DNA of 61,640 bases, the filler included, from Sanchytrium tribonematis (Eukaryota), in assembly GCA_018985235.1 (NCBI GenBank). It is 4 parts of 4 records of this genome, joined end to end, with 100 filler letters (N's around TTAATTAATTAA, not from the genome) between each part and the next. Parts side by side here need not be neighbours in the genome. Positions count along the whole stretch, not along the records: positions 30,981 to 46,302 come from JADGIG010000153.1; 3 more parts are not named here. The stretch is one strand, 5' to 3'. The translations under genes and the position numbers were made by a program. A model generated the notes under the pieces. It did no database searches. It was not told where the DNA came from and was given only the letters and a program-made list of their open reading frames with translations. The number at the start of each line of letters is the position of its first letter. Position 1 is the stretch's first letter. This document shows, piece after piece, positions 33,542 to 45,304 of the stretch.

Positions 33542-34534
33542 TTATTCTATTATTGGCAAGTCCTCTTTGAGTTTGGCCATGTGATATTCAATTTCATTGA
33601 GAGGAAGATACAATTCAAATTCCAATTGTGAGAAAATTGAGAATTCGTTATCGAGAATGTCTTTAAAATCTATATCTAAGATGTCATGAACAGCATCAGC
33701 AACTGATTTAAAATCAGTGCCTTTAATCTCGTGAACTTTTGCAGCTAAAAACAAGCAGACTCCTCCGTACAACCTTCTAGTATCTTTGGCAACTAATCCA
33801 CCCAAGCAAAGTTTCTCAAAATAAACAAGGGCCGATGCTGTCGTCACCTTTTCTAGATCCAACTGAACTCCTATTTCCAAAATTTTTCGCTTTATATTTC
33901 TAATTTGAGTTAATGTAAGATTAGGATCAACACTCAATTCAATGTCAGATCTTGTCGCCATTTGCTTAAACACCTTGTTCATGTCTTTGATAAGATCATC
34001 TGGCTTTGTGTAAGAGATTACCGATCCGAGCATTCCGTTCAAACCATAGACAGTTTTCTTGGCACTATTTTTCAACGTAATTTCATCAAAAAAAGCAGGA
34101 TCATAAGTTGATCTTTTTAACACGCCTTTTTGTGTAGCATCACTAAATTCGGGCTTAGTCAAAAAAGCACCGCTTGGCTGTAAGTGGTGCTGAAAGCTTG
34201 TAGCTCTTCTTAAGGAATTTTGTCGACTGCCGCCCCTTTTGAGGAAAATACTTGATTTTTCGGTTTCTAGAACTGGAGCAGAAATGTTTACTGGTATAAT
34301 GCTACTCAAAGTATACGGTATAGATCTAGTTGCGTAAAACGTGGCTCTTGTATTGGGTAAATGCGTTTGTTTTGAAGGATACACTGGAGTACGTTTTGGT
34401 GAATTAATAGATGTCATATCATTTTTGCTTAATGGAATAGAAGACAAAAAATTCTGAGCTTTGTCAAGCTTTTCTTTTCTTGCCGTTTGTGAGCGAAATG
34501 TGCTTTGTTTCATACTAAATTTTATTTTTTTCAT
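33542..34534 (-). CDS. CABLES-like cyclin-fold protein
   Basis: YDPAFFD, SVISYTKPDDLIKDMN, LTLTQIRNIK, ALVYFEKL, CLFLAAK, EF.IF..LEFEL. Confidence 0.85.
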   Translation of the reverse strand: MKKIKFSMKQSTFRSQTARKEKLDKAQNFLSSIPLSKNDMTSINSPKRTPVYPSKQTHLPNTRATFYATRSIPYTLSSIIPVNISAPVLETEKSSIFLKRGGSRQNSLRRATSFQHHLQPSGAFLTKPEFSDATQKGVLKRSTYDPAFFDEITLKNSAKKTVYGLNGMLGSVISYTKPDDLIKDMNKVFKQMATRSDIELSVDPNLTLTQIRNIKRKILEIGVQLDLEKVTTASALVYFEKLCLGGLVAKDTRRLYGGVCLFLAAKVHEIKGTDFKSVADAVHDILDIDFKDILDNEFSIFSQLEFELYLPLNEIEYHMAKLKEDLPIIE

Positions 34535-34643
34535 TTGATTACAGTATCAGAAATATTTGACGTGAACAAAATTTTTGCATCCATTTATTCAGCCTTGGTT
34601 TAAACATACTGTCATAGAAATTGGTTTACTACATATCCCCATT

Positions 34644-35627
34644 ATGAAACGGCCTGAACATCTGGAAATTTCAGTAGATGAGCAGAATGTCGAAAGTTTG
34701 CTTTCGAGACTCTTCGATCAAAAATACACAATACAAATGTCTTCAGGAATCACAAACAAATTAATAAAGGCGACATCACTAGTTCATCCAAGGGTTTTAC
34801 TAATTAGGCTTTATGGAAACAAGTCAGAGCTTATGATTGATAGAAAGCAAGAAATTGAATATTTGTGTTTTCTTAGCGAGCACGACGAAGCAGCTCCTAT
34901 ATACTACACATTTACAAATGGAATGATTTATGGATACCAAGATGGATTCCCACTGATTTCATATGCTGAGCAAGAAGAAGAATCTCTGACGAGCTCAGCT
35001 GATATCTATCCACTGGTGGACCTTCCAGTCTCAATTATGAAACTGGTTGTTGAGAAAATGGCTAGATTTCATAATTTACCTGTATCTAATAATCAAAGCC
35101 AGTTTGTAGCCACCATGAAAAAATGGCTGAAGGAACTTAAAGATCCAGTCATAAACGATGTTAATGCGGATATGGCCTCGGAGTTAGAATTTCTGAGTGG
35201 CATCCTCCCGGAGCATGCTGTAAACTCACATAATGATTTGCTATTGGGCAACATCATTTTAGAACCTTTAAACAATAGTTACAAGGTTCATTTTATAGAC
35301 TTTGAATACGCGTTTCCTAACACCCGAGCATTTGATATTGCTAATTTTTTAAACGAATTGTGTGGATTTGAATGCAATTGGTCTAAATTCCCTGATAGAC
35401 CCGTCATTATGGAGCTTATTGATGCTTACATCACAGAATCAAAGTGCGAAATCAACAGAGATAACTTCTACGACGAAATATGTGCCAATGTCTTAGCTAG
35501 CCATTATCTGTGGGCTTTATGGGCCACTATTCAGTCCGATATATCCGAGTTAGATTTCGATTATAAATCCTACTCTGTTAGGAGACTCCAGCGTTACCTT
35601 GTACTAAAACAAGAATTTCGAAAATAA
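34644..35627 (+). CDS. Ethanolamine/choline kinase
   Basis: GITNKL, LIRLYG..SELMIDR, HNDLLLGNII, FIDFEYA, FDIANFLNE. Confidence 0.92.
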   Translation: MKRPEHLEISVDEQNVESLLSRLFDQKYTIQMSSGITNKLIKATSLVHPRVLLIRLYGNKSELMIDRKQEIEYLCFLSEHDEAAPIYYTFTNGMIYGYQDGFPLISYAEQEEESLTSSADIYPLVDLPVSIMKLVVEKMARFHNLPVSNNQSQFVATMKKWLKELKDPVINDVNADMASELEFLSGILPEHAVNSHNDLLLGNIILEPLNNSYKVHFIDFEYAFPNTRAFDIANFLNELCGFECNWSKFPDRPVIMELIDAYITESKCEINRDNFYDEICANVLASHYLWALWATIQSDISELDFDYKSYSVRRLQRYLVLKQEFRK

Positions 35628-35644
35628 ATTTTGGTGAACTTGTC

Positions 35645-36373
35645 TCATTCTTGAGCCTTTTTATTATTCTGTTCAATGAGTATATAAACCAACTTCTTCA
35701 GCCACCCAAGCCATTCGACTCTGTAAACGGGCATATAACCATGAATTAAACGGATTAGTATTAATATAGGAATTACTAATAATTGATAATAAAGCAGAGA
35801 ATCCTCAAAACTTCCGGTGCATGTCATATAGGATAATGGTGCCACTAGCACCAAAAAGGAAGGATGAGTTTGCAATAAATCAATTGCATTTGACATGGGA
35901 TATATGGATGATAAGCATGCTATGCCATAATAAAGCTGCCAATAAATAAAAAGTAAAATGTTCAATACAAACCCCAATTTCAGAAAGCCAAAAACCATCA
36001 GTAACAAATAAATAGAATATAATAACGAATATGTATAAATAGAATAGAAGATATTTTTGACTAAAAATCCCATTGATACAGACAATTTTTGAAGATTAAA
36101 ATGCTCTTCCACTAGCGACACTAGTTTGGAGTAATAAGGTATTAGTAACAATGCCGATAAAATGTTGTAAAAGCATAAGAACATGTATTTCGTAATTAGA
36201 AGTAAATAGAACAGCAAAAAACCAAGATTACTGTTTTCTGAGACCAAACTCATAAAATAGTTTAATAGATATACAGGAGCGATAAAAGTTGTCAAACAAA
36301 TTAAATAGCCTTTTGCAATATGCTGGTATATCATTAGTAAATCGCTAGTGTTGTTTGAAGGATCTAGTTTCAA
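35645..36373 (-). CDS. Hypothetical multi-pass membrane protein (start uncertain)
   Basis: Long hydrophobic ORF with several TM-like segments. Confidence 0.55.
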   Translation of the reverse strand: MKLDPSNNTSDLLMIYQHIAKGYLICLTTFIAPVYLLNYFMSLVSENSNLGFLLFYLLLITKYMFLCFYNILSALLLIPYYSKLVSLVEEHFNLQKLSVSMGFLVKNIFYSIYTYSLLYSIYLLLMVFGFLKLGFVLNILLFIYWQLYYGIACLSSIYPMSNAIDLLQTHPSFLVLVAPLSYMTCTGSFEDSLLYYQLLVIPILILIRLIHGYMPVYRVEWLGWLKKLVYILIEQNNKKAQE

Positions 36374-36712
36374 GAATTAAATTTAAATACATATGGAAGC
36401 GAATTAAGTCTGGAGGATGCGACTGCTCGTAAATACAAGTCAAATTTTGTGCAAGCATTTTTTATGATCTTAAAACTTGCCAAAATTTATTGAAAATTCT
36501 GAATATAATCTTAATCGTGCAAACTTCAATTTAAGATGAAGCGTCGAGCCGGGAGATTCATCTTAGTTGTATCAAAGACTGAAGAGCAATCACCATGGAA
36601 AAGCCTGAATCTAGTTTGACTAAAGTTCCTTGCCGCACCATACAAGGATATCACAGTGATCACATGTTGATTGATTTGTTAAAATAACGTAACCCCTCAA
36701 ACAGCTCAAAGG

Positions 36713-37582
36713 ATGGATACTAGTATTCCGTCTAGTCCATTTGAGACCGGCTATGTCTGCGCACAAATCAAAAAATACTCTATTCAACCGTGTTTAGTGT
36801 CCCAAAAAGCGCCGCTGTCAAAATTTGTTAACAGTTGTTATTACGGGAAGATCGAAGCCATGCAACAATATTTTTCACCTAAACAGCTTAATAAACGGTG
36901 CTCCGATGGTGACTGTGCTTTGATTAAAGCATCAGCATCGATGTCTTTAGAAGCTGTTGAATGGCTTATTAAAAAGAAAGCGAGCGTCTTGGTCCGTTGC
37001 AAAAACGGATTAAATGCACTTCATGTGGCATGTGCCTATGGCCATGTACCACTGATCAAACTTTTGGTGAGTAAAGGCATTGATCCTTTACTCAGTACAA
37101 TTGATACATATCACTCACCTCTGCACGTCGCATTGATTAATGATAACCCGGATTGTGCGTTTGCGGTCCTATCATATATGAAAACAGTCGATTTACCCGA
37201 TGTGTATGGCATCACGCCATTGCATTTGGCTGTTTTAAGAAATATGACGGGACTCGTCATCAAATTGCTGAAAATTGGCAGCAAAGTTGATCGTCAAACA
37301 ACTACTCCATGTTGTATTCAGGGAATTTATTCTTCTGCATTACAAGAAACTCCTCGTTACGAACAAGATATTCTCTCAAAAGGGATTTCTGCACTTCATA
37401 TTGCCGCTTGGCAAAATAATGAAGAAATGATTTTGTGCTTATTGCAGAGTGGGGCAAATCCCACTCTTAAAGATGCTAGTGGCAGATTGCCAGAGCATTT
37501 TTGCAAAGACTCGCAATTAAAATTGACGATTCAAAAATGTCGATTTTTCTACCAGGATTACATTCAGGCAATTTCTGAGTAA
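36713..37582 (+). CDS. Ankyrin-repeat protein
   Basis: GLNALHVAC, SPLHVAL, GITPLHLAV, GISALHIAA repeats. Confidence 0.9.
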   Translation: MDTSIPSSPFETGYVCAQIKKYSIQPCLVSQKAPLSKFVNSCYYGKIEAMQQYFSPKQLNKRCSDGDCALIKASASMSLEAVEWLIKKKASVLVRCKNGLNALHVACAYGHVPLIKLLVSKGIDPLLSTIDTYHSPLHVALINDNPDCAFAVLSYMKTVDLPDVYGITPLHLAVLRNMTGLVIKLLKIGSKVDRQTTTPCCIQGIYSSALQETPRYEQDILSKGISALHIAAWQNNEEMILCLLQSGANPTLKDASGRLPEHFCKDSQLKLTIQKCRFFYQDYIQAISE

Positions 37583-37663
37583 CCTAAATAAAATTTTAAC
37601 CAAAATTGTGCTTTATTATCTTTCTATGTGGTATCTGATTGAAAATATTTCAAACCTCCTTTT

Positions 37664-38632
37664 ATGAGTCAAGTTGATCCTTTGCAGGTAATTCGGGACT
37701 ATCTGAACAAAACTACATGCTTTGATACCCTATCAGAATCTATGAAAACTGTAATTCTCGATTCTGATTTATTGTTGACAAAAGGTGCTGCTGCTTTGAT
37801 ACAACACTCAACTTTGGGTATTCCAGTTGTTGAAAACGGTTCATTTGTAGCTGTTCTTGGTACGAATGACATTCTGTTATTAATGCACCATTTTTATCAT
37901 AATTATGATAAGGAGCAAGCCAGAGAATTGTTGAAAAGCTTTAGAATCGCCGATGTGTTTCAATTGAAAAGACCTCCCAAGCTGCAGCATTTAAAAGCTT
38001 CCTTTCATCCAGATTTGTCATTATTAATGGCTTCCAAATTTATGTTGAATCTTAATCAATTTCGTGCTGCCTTGATTGCGATTCATCCTAACCCAGACCA
38101 GGAAGAAACTGAAAATTATCTGCCAAATGGAGAAAGAAGCCCATCGGGCTACCATTCTGTTGTATCAGTTATTACCAACTACAAAATACTAAAAAGCGTT
38201 GCTGAAAATTGCCCAGTGGAATTATTGAACATTCCTGCAAAGCAACTTATGACTCAACCTCAATATACCGCGCATATGTCTACCACAATCATAGAATTAA
38301 TAGAAATGATAATAAGTTGTGGCGCAAATGCTATACCGATTTTAGACGATAGCGGTAAAGTTGTCAATGTGTACGAGAGTCCGGATATCTTACAATTCGT
38401 GACGGAAAGTTCAGAATTTGATTTGAATATTAGTGTTCAAGGAGCCTTGTCTAAGAGGTCGCCTGATTTTGAGGGGGTTCATACTTGCAAAGAGGTAGAT
38501 CAATTGGGATATTTGTTGAAAGGATTTACAAAATCGACTGTCCATAGAGTTTTAGTGGTAGATGAAAACAAAAAGCTGCTCGGAATAATAAGATTGGTAG
38601 ATATTATAAGATTTATAATTTTTAAAGAATAA
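37664..38632 (+). CDS. SNF4: Four-CBS-domain protein, AMPK gamma/Snf4-like
   Basis: YLNKTTCFD.L..S.K.VILDSDL, AIPILDDSGKVVNVYE..D, SVQGALSKRSPDFEGVHTC, VHRVLVVD, LLGIIRLVDI. Confidence 0.85.
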   Translation: MSQVDPLQVIRDYLNKTTCFDTLSESMKTVILDSDLLLTKGAAALIQHSTLGIPVVENGSFVAVLGTNDILLLMHHFYHNYDKEQARELLKSFRIADVFQLKRPPKLQHLKASFHPDLSLLMASKFMLNLNQFRAALIAIHPNPDQEETENYLPNGERSPSGYHSVVSVITNYKILKSVAENCPVELLNIPAKQLMTQPQYTAHMSTTIIELIEMIISCGANAIPILDDSGKVVNVYESPDILQFVTESSEFDLNISVQGALSKRSPDFEGVHTCKEVDQLGYLLKGFTKSTVHRVLVVDENKKLLGIIRLVDIIRFIIFKE

Positions 38633-38638
38633 ACAGAT

Positions 38639-39334
38639 TTATAAACGAGACCATCCCTTGTGTAGCCTTTTGATAATTTCTGTTAGCCGAGTAGGATCTT
38701 CTTTCAAAATCGACCTGATTTGTTCCAAAAGCGGGTTTAGTGTAATCCCTTGAATTAAGTCATTTATATCACTTGACAAGGCTGGCAATTGAGGAATGGA
38801 AGGATTGATCTCAACAGCATGCAAAACTTGGTCCTCAACTCGAAATCTAAAATAAGCTTTTTTGAGATTGTTTTTAAATTTTGAAAATTGAATTCGATAG
38901 TATCCATTACCTTCGAAAAGCATATCAATGCCAAAATTGGTTTTATATTTGAGCCTCAGATTCTCTATCTTTTCTCTTTGACCTTGATTTTCTCGCTGAC
39001 GGTCACTTATGAGTACTTTTAGTTCTCGAATTTCATCTTCTTTCTTAGTTTTCTCTAAATATAACGATTGTTCTTCTTTTTGACAGTTACTGTAAATTTC
39101 ACTGAGCTGCTGCTCTTTTTCAAGATATTCTGAATTCTTTTTTTGTAGTTCTTCATAGCTACGTTTTTTTACTTCGTTATCTTCCAAAATTGAAATCGAC
39201 TTTGCATAATTTTTGTTCATTTGTGCAATATATCTCTGTGCCATATCATCGATGTCCCTGGCCAGTGGTGGTTTGTTTTGTTCTGAAAATTTCTTCAACA
39301 AATTAACTGTTGGTCTCAAACTCAATTCTTCCAT
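38639..39334 (-). CDS. Coiled-coil protein, probable kinetochore Spc25-like
   Basis: Long coiled coil followed by YKTNFGIDM...RIQFSKF...YFRF RWD-like region. Confidence 0.5.
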   Translation of the reverse strand: MEELSLRPTVNLLKKFSEQNKPPLARDIDDMAQRYIAQMNKNYAKSISILEDNEVKKRSYEELQKKNSEYLEKEQQLSEIYSNCQKEEQSLYLEKTKKEDEIRELKVLISDRQRENQGQREKIENLRLKYKTNFGIDMLFEGNGYYRIQFSKFKNNLKKAYFRFRVEDQVLHAVEINPSIPQLPALSSDINDLIQGITLNPLLEQIRSILKEDPTRLTEIIKRLHKGWSRL

Positions 39335-39348
39335 GTTTGAAAAATAAT

Positions 39349-42300
39349 TTATTTTGTACCTTTTATAGTTGCTGCTATAGTTTTCTTGTTTAAATCGATT
39401 GCTGGCAGTAAACTACCCACAACTGCAAATAAGCAAGATAAAGCAATGATTATTATGTAAAATATTACTGGAAAGCTGAAATACCAAGGCAATTCCAAAA
39501 ATACGTTGCTCTAAAGGCAGAAAAATACACCTGTCAAGCATCCGATAGTAGTTCCAAGTGCAGCGCTGCTTAAGACAATGCATAATGCTTCATAAATATA
39601 TAGTCGAAGTAAAGTGGCTTTTGTAAAGCCAAGCGATCGCAAAACACCATATTCCCAACTATTATCTTTGACATTTGACTCGAATGATATTATTAAAACA
39701 AAGAAACATAAAATCATTGCACCGATACTCACGGCACTAAGGGCATACTCACCTTTGGCTTTTGAATCATCTGTATCTTTTTTAGCCTTTCTGGCATCTT
39801 GTATTTGAGTGTTCTGATTTATGATCGTATTGAGTTCATTCATGAAAGATTCTACTTGCAGGTCAGAAGCTCCAGATTCTATTTTTATAAAGCAGTCTTT
39901 AATTGGAATACTTTGCGATGAATACAAGCTGATGTTAGTCTTGGCAAAAGAATCTACAGTTTCAAGCAATTTTTTAAAGTCCCCCATCTGCACAAACATA
40001 GCAGTACTCGAACTAAAAGAGCTGATTTCTGTGTATCCTGGCATCTTTGAAACTAATCCTACAGGCTTCATAATAAATCTTGTAGAAACTGTGTTGATTT
40101 CATTCACTGGTAAAATATACAAAATTAACTCACCCTTGCTATTCATGGGAAAGTACATATTATCTAAAGACTGTTGGCTTCCAATAAAAGGTATTGTATA
40201 TCTTTGAATTTGATTAGTTCTACCGTACACTTTGGATACTGAGATTAGCGAGTCATCTGGTTTATAATTTCTGTCTGTGAAATCGTATAATTCATTGAAT
40301 ATATTGATTTCTTTTAGTATATTTATGGGTTGAGTGACCATGATGTAGTCTTTGAATACACTAGAAGAAAACTGCTCTTCAATCCCAAATATACTACTAC
40401 TTAACGGCAGAAATCCACTTAAACTAGATAGGGTTCCATCTGCAACTGGATAGTAATCTAAAAGATCAAATGTAGCAAATGAATATCCTTGAACGACATG
40501 TGAAAATCCTGGAGTCGATGTGGTTTTGTTGGATAGAAATTCTTCTAAAATATCTCGTTGTAACGGCTTTTCATAAGAGAGTGAATACAACCTGATGTCG
40601 CTACCATATACGTTTTCAGTCAATTTGTTTAACGAATCAGCTTGAATATTAAACATGACCGATACAAATATGATGTAACTCAAGCACAATGTAAATACCA
40701 ATGATGTGTATCTATTTTTGCTTCTGTGAGCGCTAAGATTCTTCAGTAATATATCGGTAATTAAGCGATCATATAATTTGGTGATAAGGTATGCAAAAAT
40801 GATTTCTAATGGGGCAAGAAGAAACTGTCCAATAATTGTGAGTCCAATTATAAGCCCCATTAAAATCAAGGTGAAGACCCGAAAGAACAAGGTGAAATCT
40901 TGAAAAACGAATGCTAAAGGTATCATCTATATTAGTTGGTAATACATAATAAACTAAAAAACCAAAAATGACAAACAGAATTGACATTGTAGTCTCAACC
41001 GGACTGAGTCCATACGATTTTAATTTTTGTATCGTTATTTTAGTTTCTTCCACACTCGAGTGATACAAATCCAAGGCGTCTCTAAGCGTTGTACCTAAAG
41101 CTCGTCTTATAGGCAAAATAATTCCAAGCAGTGGTAAAAATATGCCTATTACTACACCTAATACTACACTCCAGCCTTGAAGGGCGCTAGCGATATCATT
41201 CCCCACACTTTGAGATACATAAAATGCAATAGGTAAATTGAATATATATGAGAACATTAAGCTAGTTAAAATACCAGGGACTGCAAACAGAAGTGACTTT
41301 TGTAGCAATAATGCAATAAGAGAGCTTTGTTGCAGACCAAGCGACCTAAGCATTCCATATTCGTATGTTTTTTCATGAACATCTTTGTTCATTAATGAGT
41401 ATATAACCGCAATTGCGAGTATAATCAATATAAATATAATCGAGAAAAATATTTCATTAAATATAAAAGACAAAAATTGAGCGTTGTCAAGGGCTAAACT
41501 GATAACTGGTGTTAATATTGCAGAACTGTAAATACCAATATTTTCTGCTATAGCATTTGCCAAATTGATTATACTCCCTTGCCTTTCTTTAGTGCTGCTA
41601 AGATAAATGTCATATCTGTCCTTCATTATTATATTAATAAAAGCAACAAATTCCTCCATGTTGACTTGAGATGTTATGTTAGAAGCTAAGTCATTAACAT
41701 TATTTGAGCCCCCAATAGCCAAAGAAGCAGCCGACAAAATACTTTTCACAATATAACCCACAGCCGACTTGTCTAATAACACAACATTTCCTAAAGCACT
41801 TGCGTATTTACCATCGGTTTTGGCAATTGCATCAATAACTTGAAATGATATACTTGTAGCACCAAAGTTTGTCACAAATGTATTTGGGACGACAAGAAAT
41901 GTCTGGTTGCCAGTATTTCTTAAAGTTAGTCCTAACTGTAATGCATTTAGTACCTGAACAGTTGTATCGGGGAGCAAACCGTTTCCTAGAGGAATTGTAA
42001 AATCTGCGTTTTTTGAAATATTAGCTTGTTGAAATCCGGTCAGGTTTAAAGTAATATCCAAAGTGTTGCCACTGTTTGGTAAGAGATTTAAATTTCTAAT
42101 TAGGGAATCAGAGCAATGCATTTCATTGCTCCCAAGTGGTCGCTTATTCCAAAGAGGAGCAATTTCGTTATCATCTTCTAATGTGCTATCAATAATCACA
42201 GCGATTGCTTTGGAGGTTTTTTTGTTTAAACTATTAACTACGTTGATCGGTAAAATCCAGCGTGGTGCAATTTTGTCAATGCCAGAGGTATTTAATAGCT

Positions 42301-42796
42301 GTCTTTTAAGTTGTGTATAATTTAAAAAAGGACTATTTGTGACGTCGTTCGAACTAACAACCACATCTGTTGAACTTACAAGATCTTCTATAGATTTTAA
42401 ATTAAAGTACTGCAAGTGGGTTTGTAAATTATTAATTAAAATTACAAACAATACTACAAGAAACACAGCAGAAAGTCCAATCATAAATGACTGAATTGAT
42501 CTTGATAACGAACTCACATTGTATTTTAACAAGAGTTTAAAATTTACCCAAATTTTTTTCCATTCTAAACCAATATCTGATTCTGGCACGAGCTCGTCAC
42601 CGGTACTAAATCTTCGAAACATAAACGGTAACAAATTCAGTACATTGATATTTCCAAATGATTCTTGTCTTTCCCTAAAAAACTGAGATTCTTTTGAAGG
42701 CTGCGATCTGTGTTTCGATTCTCTAGATGGCTGCGATTTGTGCCTTGATTCTCTAGAGGGTTGTGATTTATGTGTGGGATTTTTCTCTTTATTCAT
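39349..42796 (-). CDS. FtsX/MacB-like (ABC3) duplicated permease; 19-nt intron 40927-40945; in-frame TAG at 39513-39511
   Basis: Two FtsX signatures EKTYEYGMLRSLG and DNSWEYGVLRSLG; intron gtattaccaactaatatag joins the ORFs; the frame stays open after the TAG through a final TM (GSLLPA) to TAA at 39349. Confidence 0.85.
42685..42775 (-). repeat. Three 30-nt coding tandem repeats
   Basis: HKSQPSRESR / HKSQPSRESK / HRSQPSKESQ. Confidence 0.85.
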
Positions 42797-42854
42797 TAGA
42801 ATTGACGACGTCACTTAAATTTTGACCTATCAGTTTTATCTTTGTCTACAATAA

Positions 42855-43694
42855 ATGGACACTATGCCATTCCTGGGCTTCCCAGTCTATCCAGTCCAGC
42901 AATTTTTTACACAAGATTATATGGACTTTATAAATGTTGCACCACAATTGTGCTTGTCATCAACAGAGAGTGGTGTTCATGGCAAAAGCAGATCGAACAA
43001 AGACATTGCACTTAAACTGGATGAATGTCCATTTAGACCATTCGGAAGAAAAAGAAATACCCTTTTTTATTTAAAAAAGTATTTAAATGGGAACTCTATC
43101 TCATCCATGGATCCAAAATATATTTATGAAATAAGGTCATATGAGCATGACATGAGCGTCGGAGTATCTCTAAATGATGATGGCACCTGGGTGGCGTGGA
43201 ATGATAATCAAGAATATGCCTATCTGGTTGACAGAGAATTACCTAATGATTCAGCTACGATAAAAATAGATACCATCGAAAAACAATCCATTGCTTTTGA
43301 AGCTATAGGCTTTGAGAACGATTTAAATGTTGTATTGACCATGTCACCGGAGATATTAATGGGCTTCAGAAGCCTGCTACTTCGCACACAATGCTTTTAT
43401 TTGGACCAAAATAATTATGGAATGTTTGCTGATTGTAATCAAGGAACGGTTTGGACATCAATTGCACTACCAATCTATAATCCGCCGGGAATGGTCATTA
43501 ATAAAAACCGAAACTACGATAAGCGATTAAATTATGTTAACACTAAGGAACGGCCGATACCTCCATTTATAACAGGTTTTCCCTTCAGAAACGGAATTAA
43601 TATATTTTATAATGCCTTTCCTGGATGTCTTGTTATAGCTACAGATACGAACGGAACTTGGTATGACTTTGACATAGATAAAGCACTCAGTTAA
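42855..43694 (+). CDS. Hypothetical protein
   Basis: 279-aa ORF filling the gap between neighbours; no recognised motif. Confidence 0.55.
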   Translation: MDTMPFLGFPVYPVQQFFTQDYMDFINVAPQLCLSSTESGVHGKSRSNKDIALKLDECPFRPFGRKRNTLFYLKKYLNGNSISSMDPKYIYEIRSYEHDMSVGVSLNDDGTWVAWNDNQEYAYLVDRELPNDSATIKIDTIEKQSIAFEAIGFENDLNVVLTMSPEILMGFRSLLLRTQCFYLDQNNYGMFADCNQGTVWTSIALPIYNPPGMVINKNRNYDKRLNYVNTKERPIPPFITGFPFRNGINIFYNAFPGCLVIATDTNGTWYDFDIDKALS

Positions 43695-43749
43695 TTAATC
43701 AATAAATTTTTGGTTTGATTGCAATTAAGGGGCCCTGAAACTTCTGTCA

Positions 43750-45247
43750 ATGAATCATGAAGAGTCACCGAGGCAAATATCCAAGAAAGACACAAAAGAT
43801 CAGCCGTTCACGGCGATTGACTTGTCGAATATGGGCTTGAAAGCTATTTCAAATAATCTATTTAAGTGGTACTCCTTTCTGTCAGTTATAAATTTAAGTA
43901 GCAATAATCTGAGATCAATTTCCTCCAGAATATCAGAGTTAAATAATTTAGTTTATTTGGATTTATCTGCCAACCAGTTGCAATCCGTTCCATGGGAAAT
44001 GGGATTATTGTCACAGCTTCAAACATTGTATTTACATGATAACTTTTTAACAACCCTGCCACATGAATTTGGAATGCTTTATCAACTTAACAAATTAACT
44101 CTCGATAATAATCCATTAGCAGATGTTATATTTCAAATTGAAAAGCAATCTTGTACTCATCTAATTCATTATCTGCGAGATAACGCGCCAAAATCCTCTC
44201 CACCACCCCCAAGATCTTGGGAACCAAAAAAGAAAGACGCAAACCATTTTACTATACTCAGTTACAATATATTGGCACAGAAATATGCCCGTCCAAAGTT
44301 GTATGGGTATACTCCCAACTGGGCGCTGGACTGGAATCACAGGAGCGCAAACATTATAGCAGAAGTAGAGAGCTATGATCCAGACATTATTTGTTTTCAG
44401 GAGATTGAAGAAGGTGACTATGAATCATTTTTTGGGCCCAGATTATTAACGCTTCCTGGAAGAATGTATAGGGGAATGTTTTTTCAAAAATCAAGAGCTA
44501 AAACTATGGGAGAGCTGGACAAAAAGTCAGTTGACGGTTGCGCGATATTTGCTAAAATAGACAAGTTTGAGTTTATTACAGAACATCTTTTAGAATTTAA
44601 TGAGCTAGCTTTAAAACAACACTATCTTGAAAAAACAGACAGTTTATTTACACGATTGATGCAAAGGGACAATATAGCTGTAGTTGCGCAACTAAGGCAC
44701 ATATCTTCAAAAGTGCCCGTTTGGGTTGTTAACTGTCATATTCATTGGGATCCAAATTATAACGATGTTAAAGTTTTGCAAACCGCGATAATGTTAGAGG
44801 AAGTGTCGAAATTGGTAGGGTCGCATCCACTTGTTATTTGTGGAGATTTTAATTCTACTCCAGAATCTGCTGTAATCAAGCTTATGACCGAGAAATTCAT
44901 ACCTGGTGATCACCCCGAATTGCTAGGAGTCGATTATGGATCTTCCTTACGAACACATGGATTAAAAAATAGATTACAGTCTTTGTCAAACGCGTATGAG
45001 CATCACGAACTTCCTTTCACAAATTATACCCCAGGATTTAAAGGAGTTATTGACTATATATTTTATTCTGATAGGCTTTTAGAAGTCACAGCAACACTGG
45101 GCGAGATTTCGCAAGATTATTATAATAATTATGTTGGTTTTCCAAACCCTCATTTGCCGTCGGAGTATAATTTACTAATTTAGTCATATATGCTTGATTT
45201 CAGAATTTAATATCAGTCCTACAACAATAAAACTTTACCAATCTTGA
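43750..45247 (+). CDS. CCR4: CCR4 deadenylase (LRR + EEP); 19-nt intron 45165-45183
   Basis: LRRs, SYNILA, FQE, CGDFNS, IDYIFY; removing gtataatttactaatttag restores the catalytic PSDH. Confidence 0.95.
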
Positions 45248-45304
45248 AAATTCAAATTTGTGTTGTCAAGGCTAATTTTAAAGGAGTTTGTTTGAAACCT
45301 CGCT

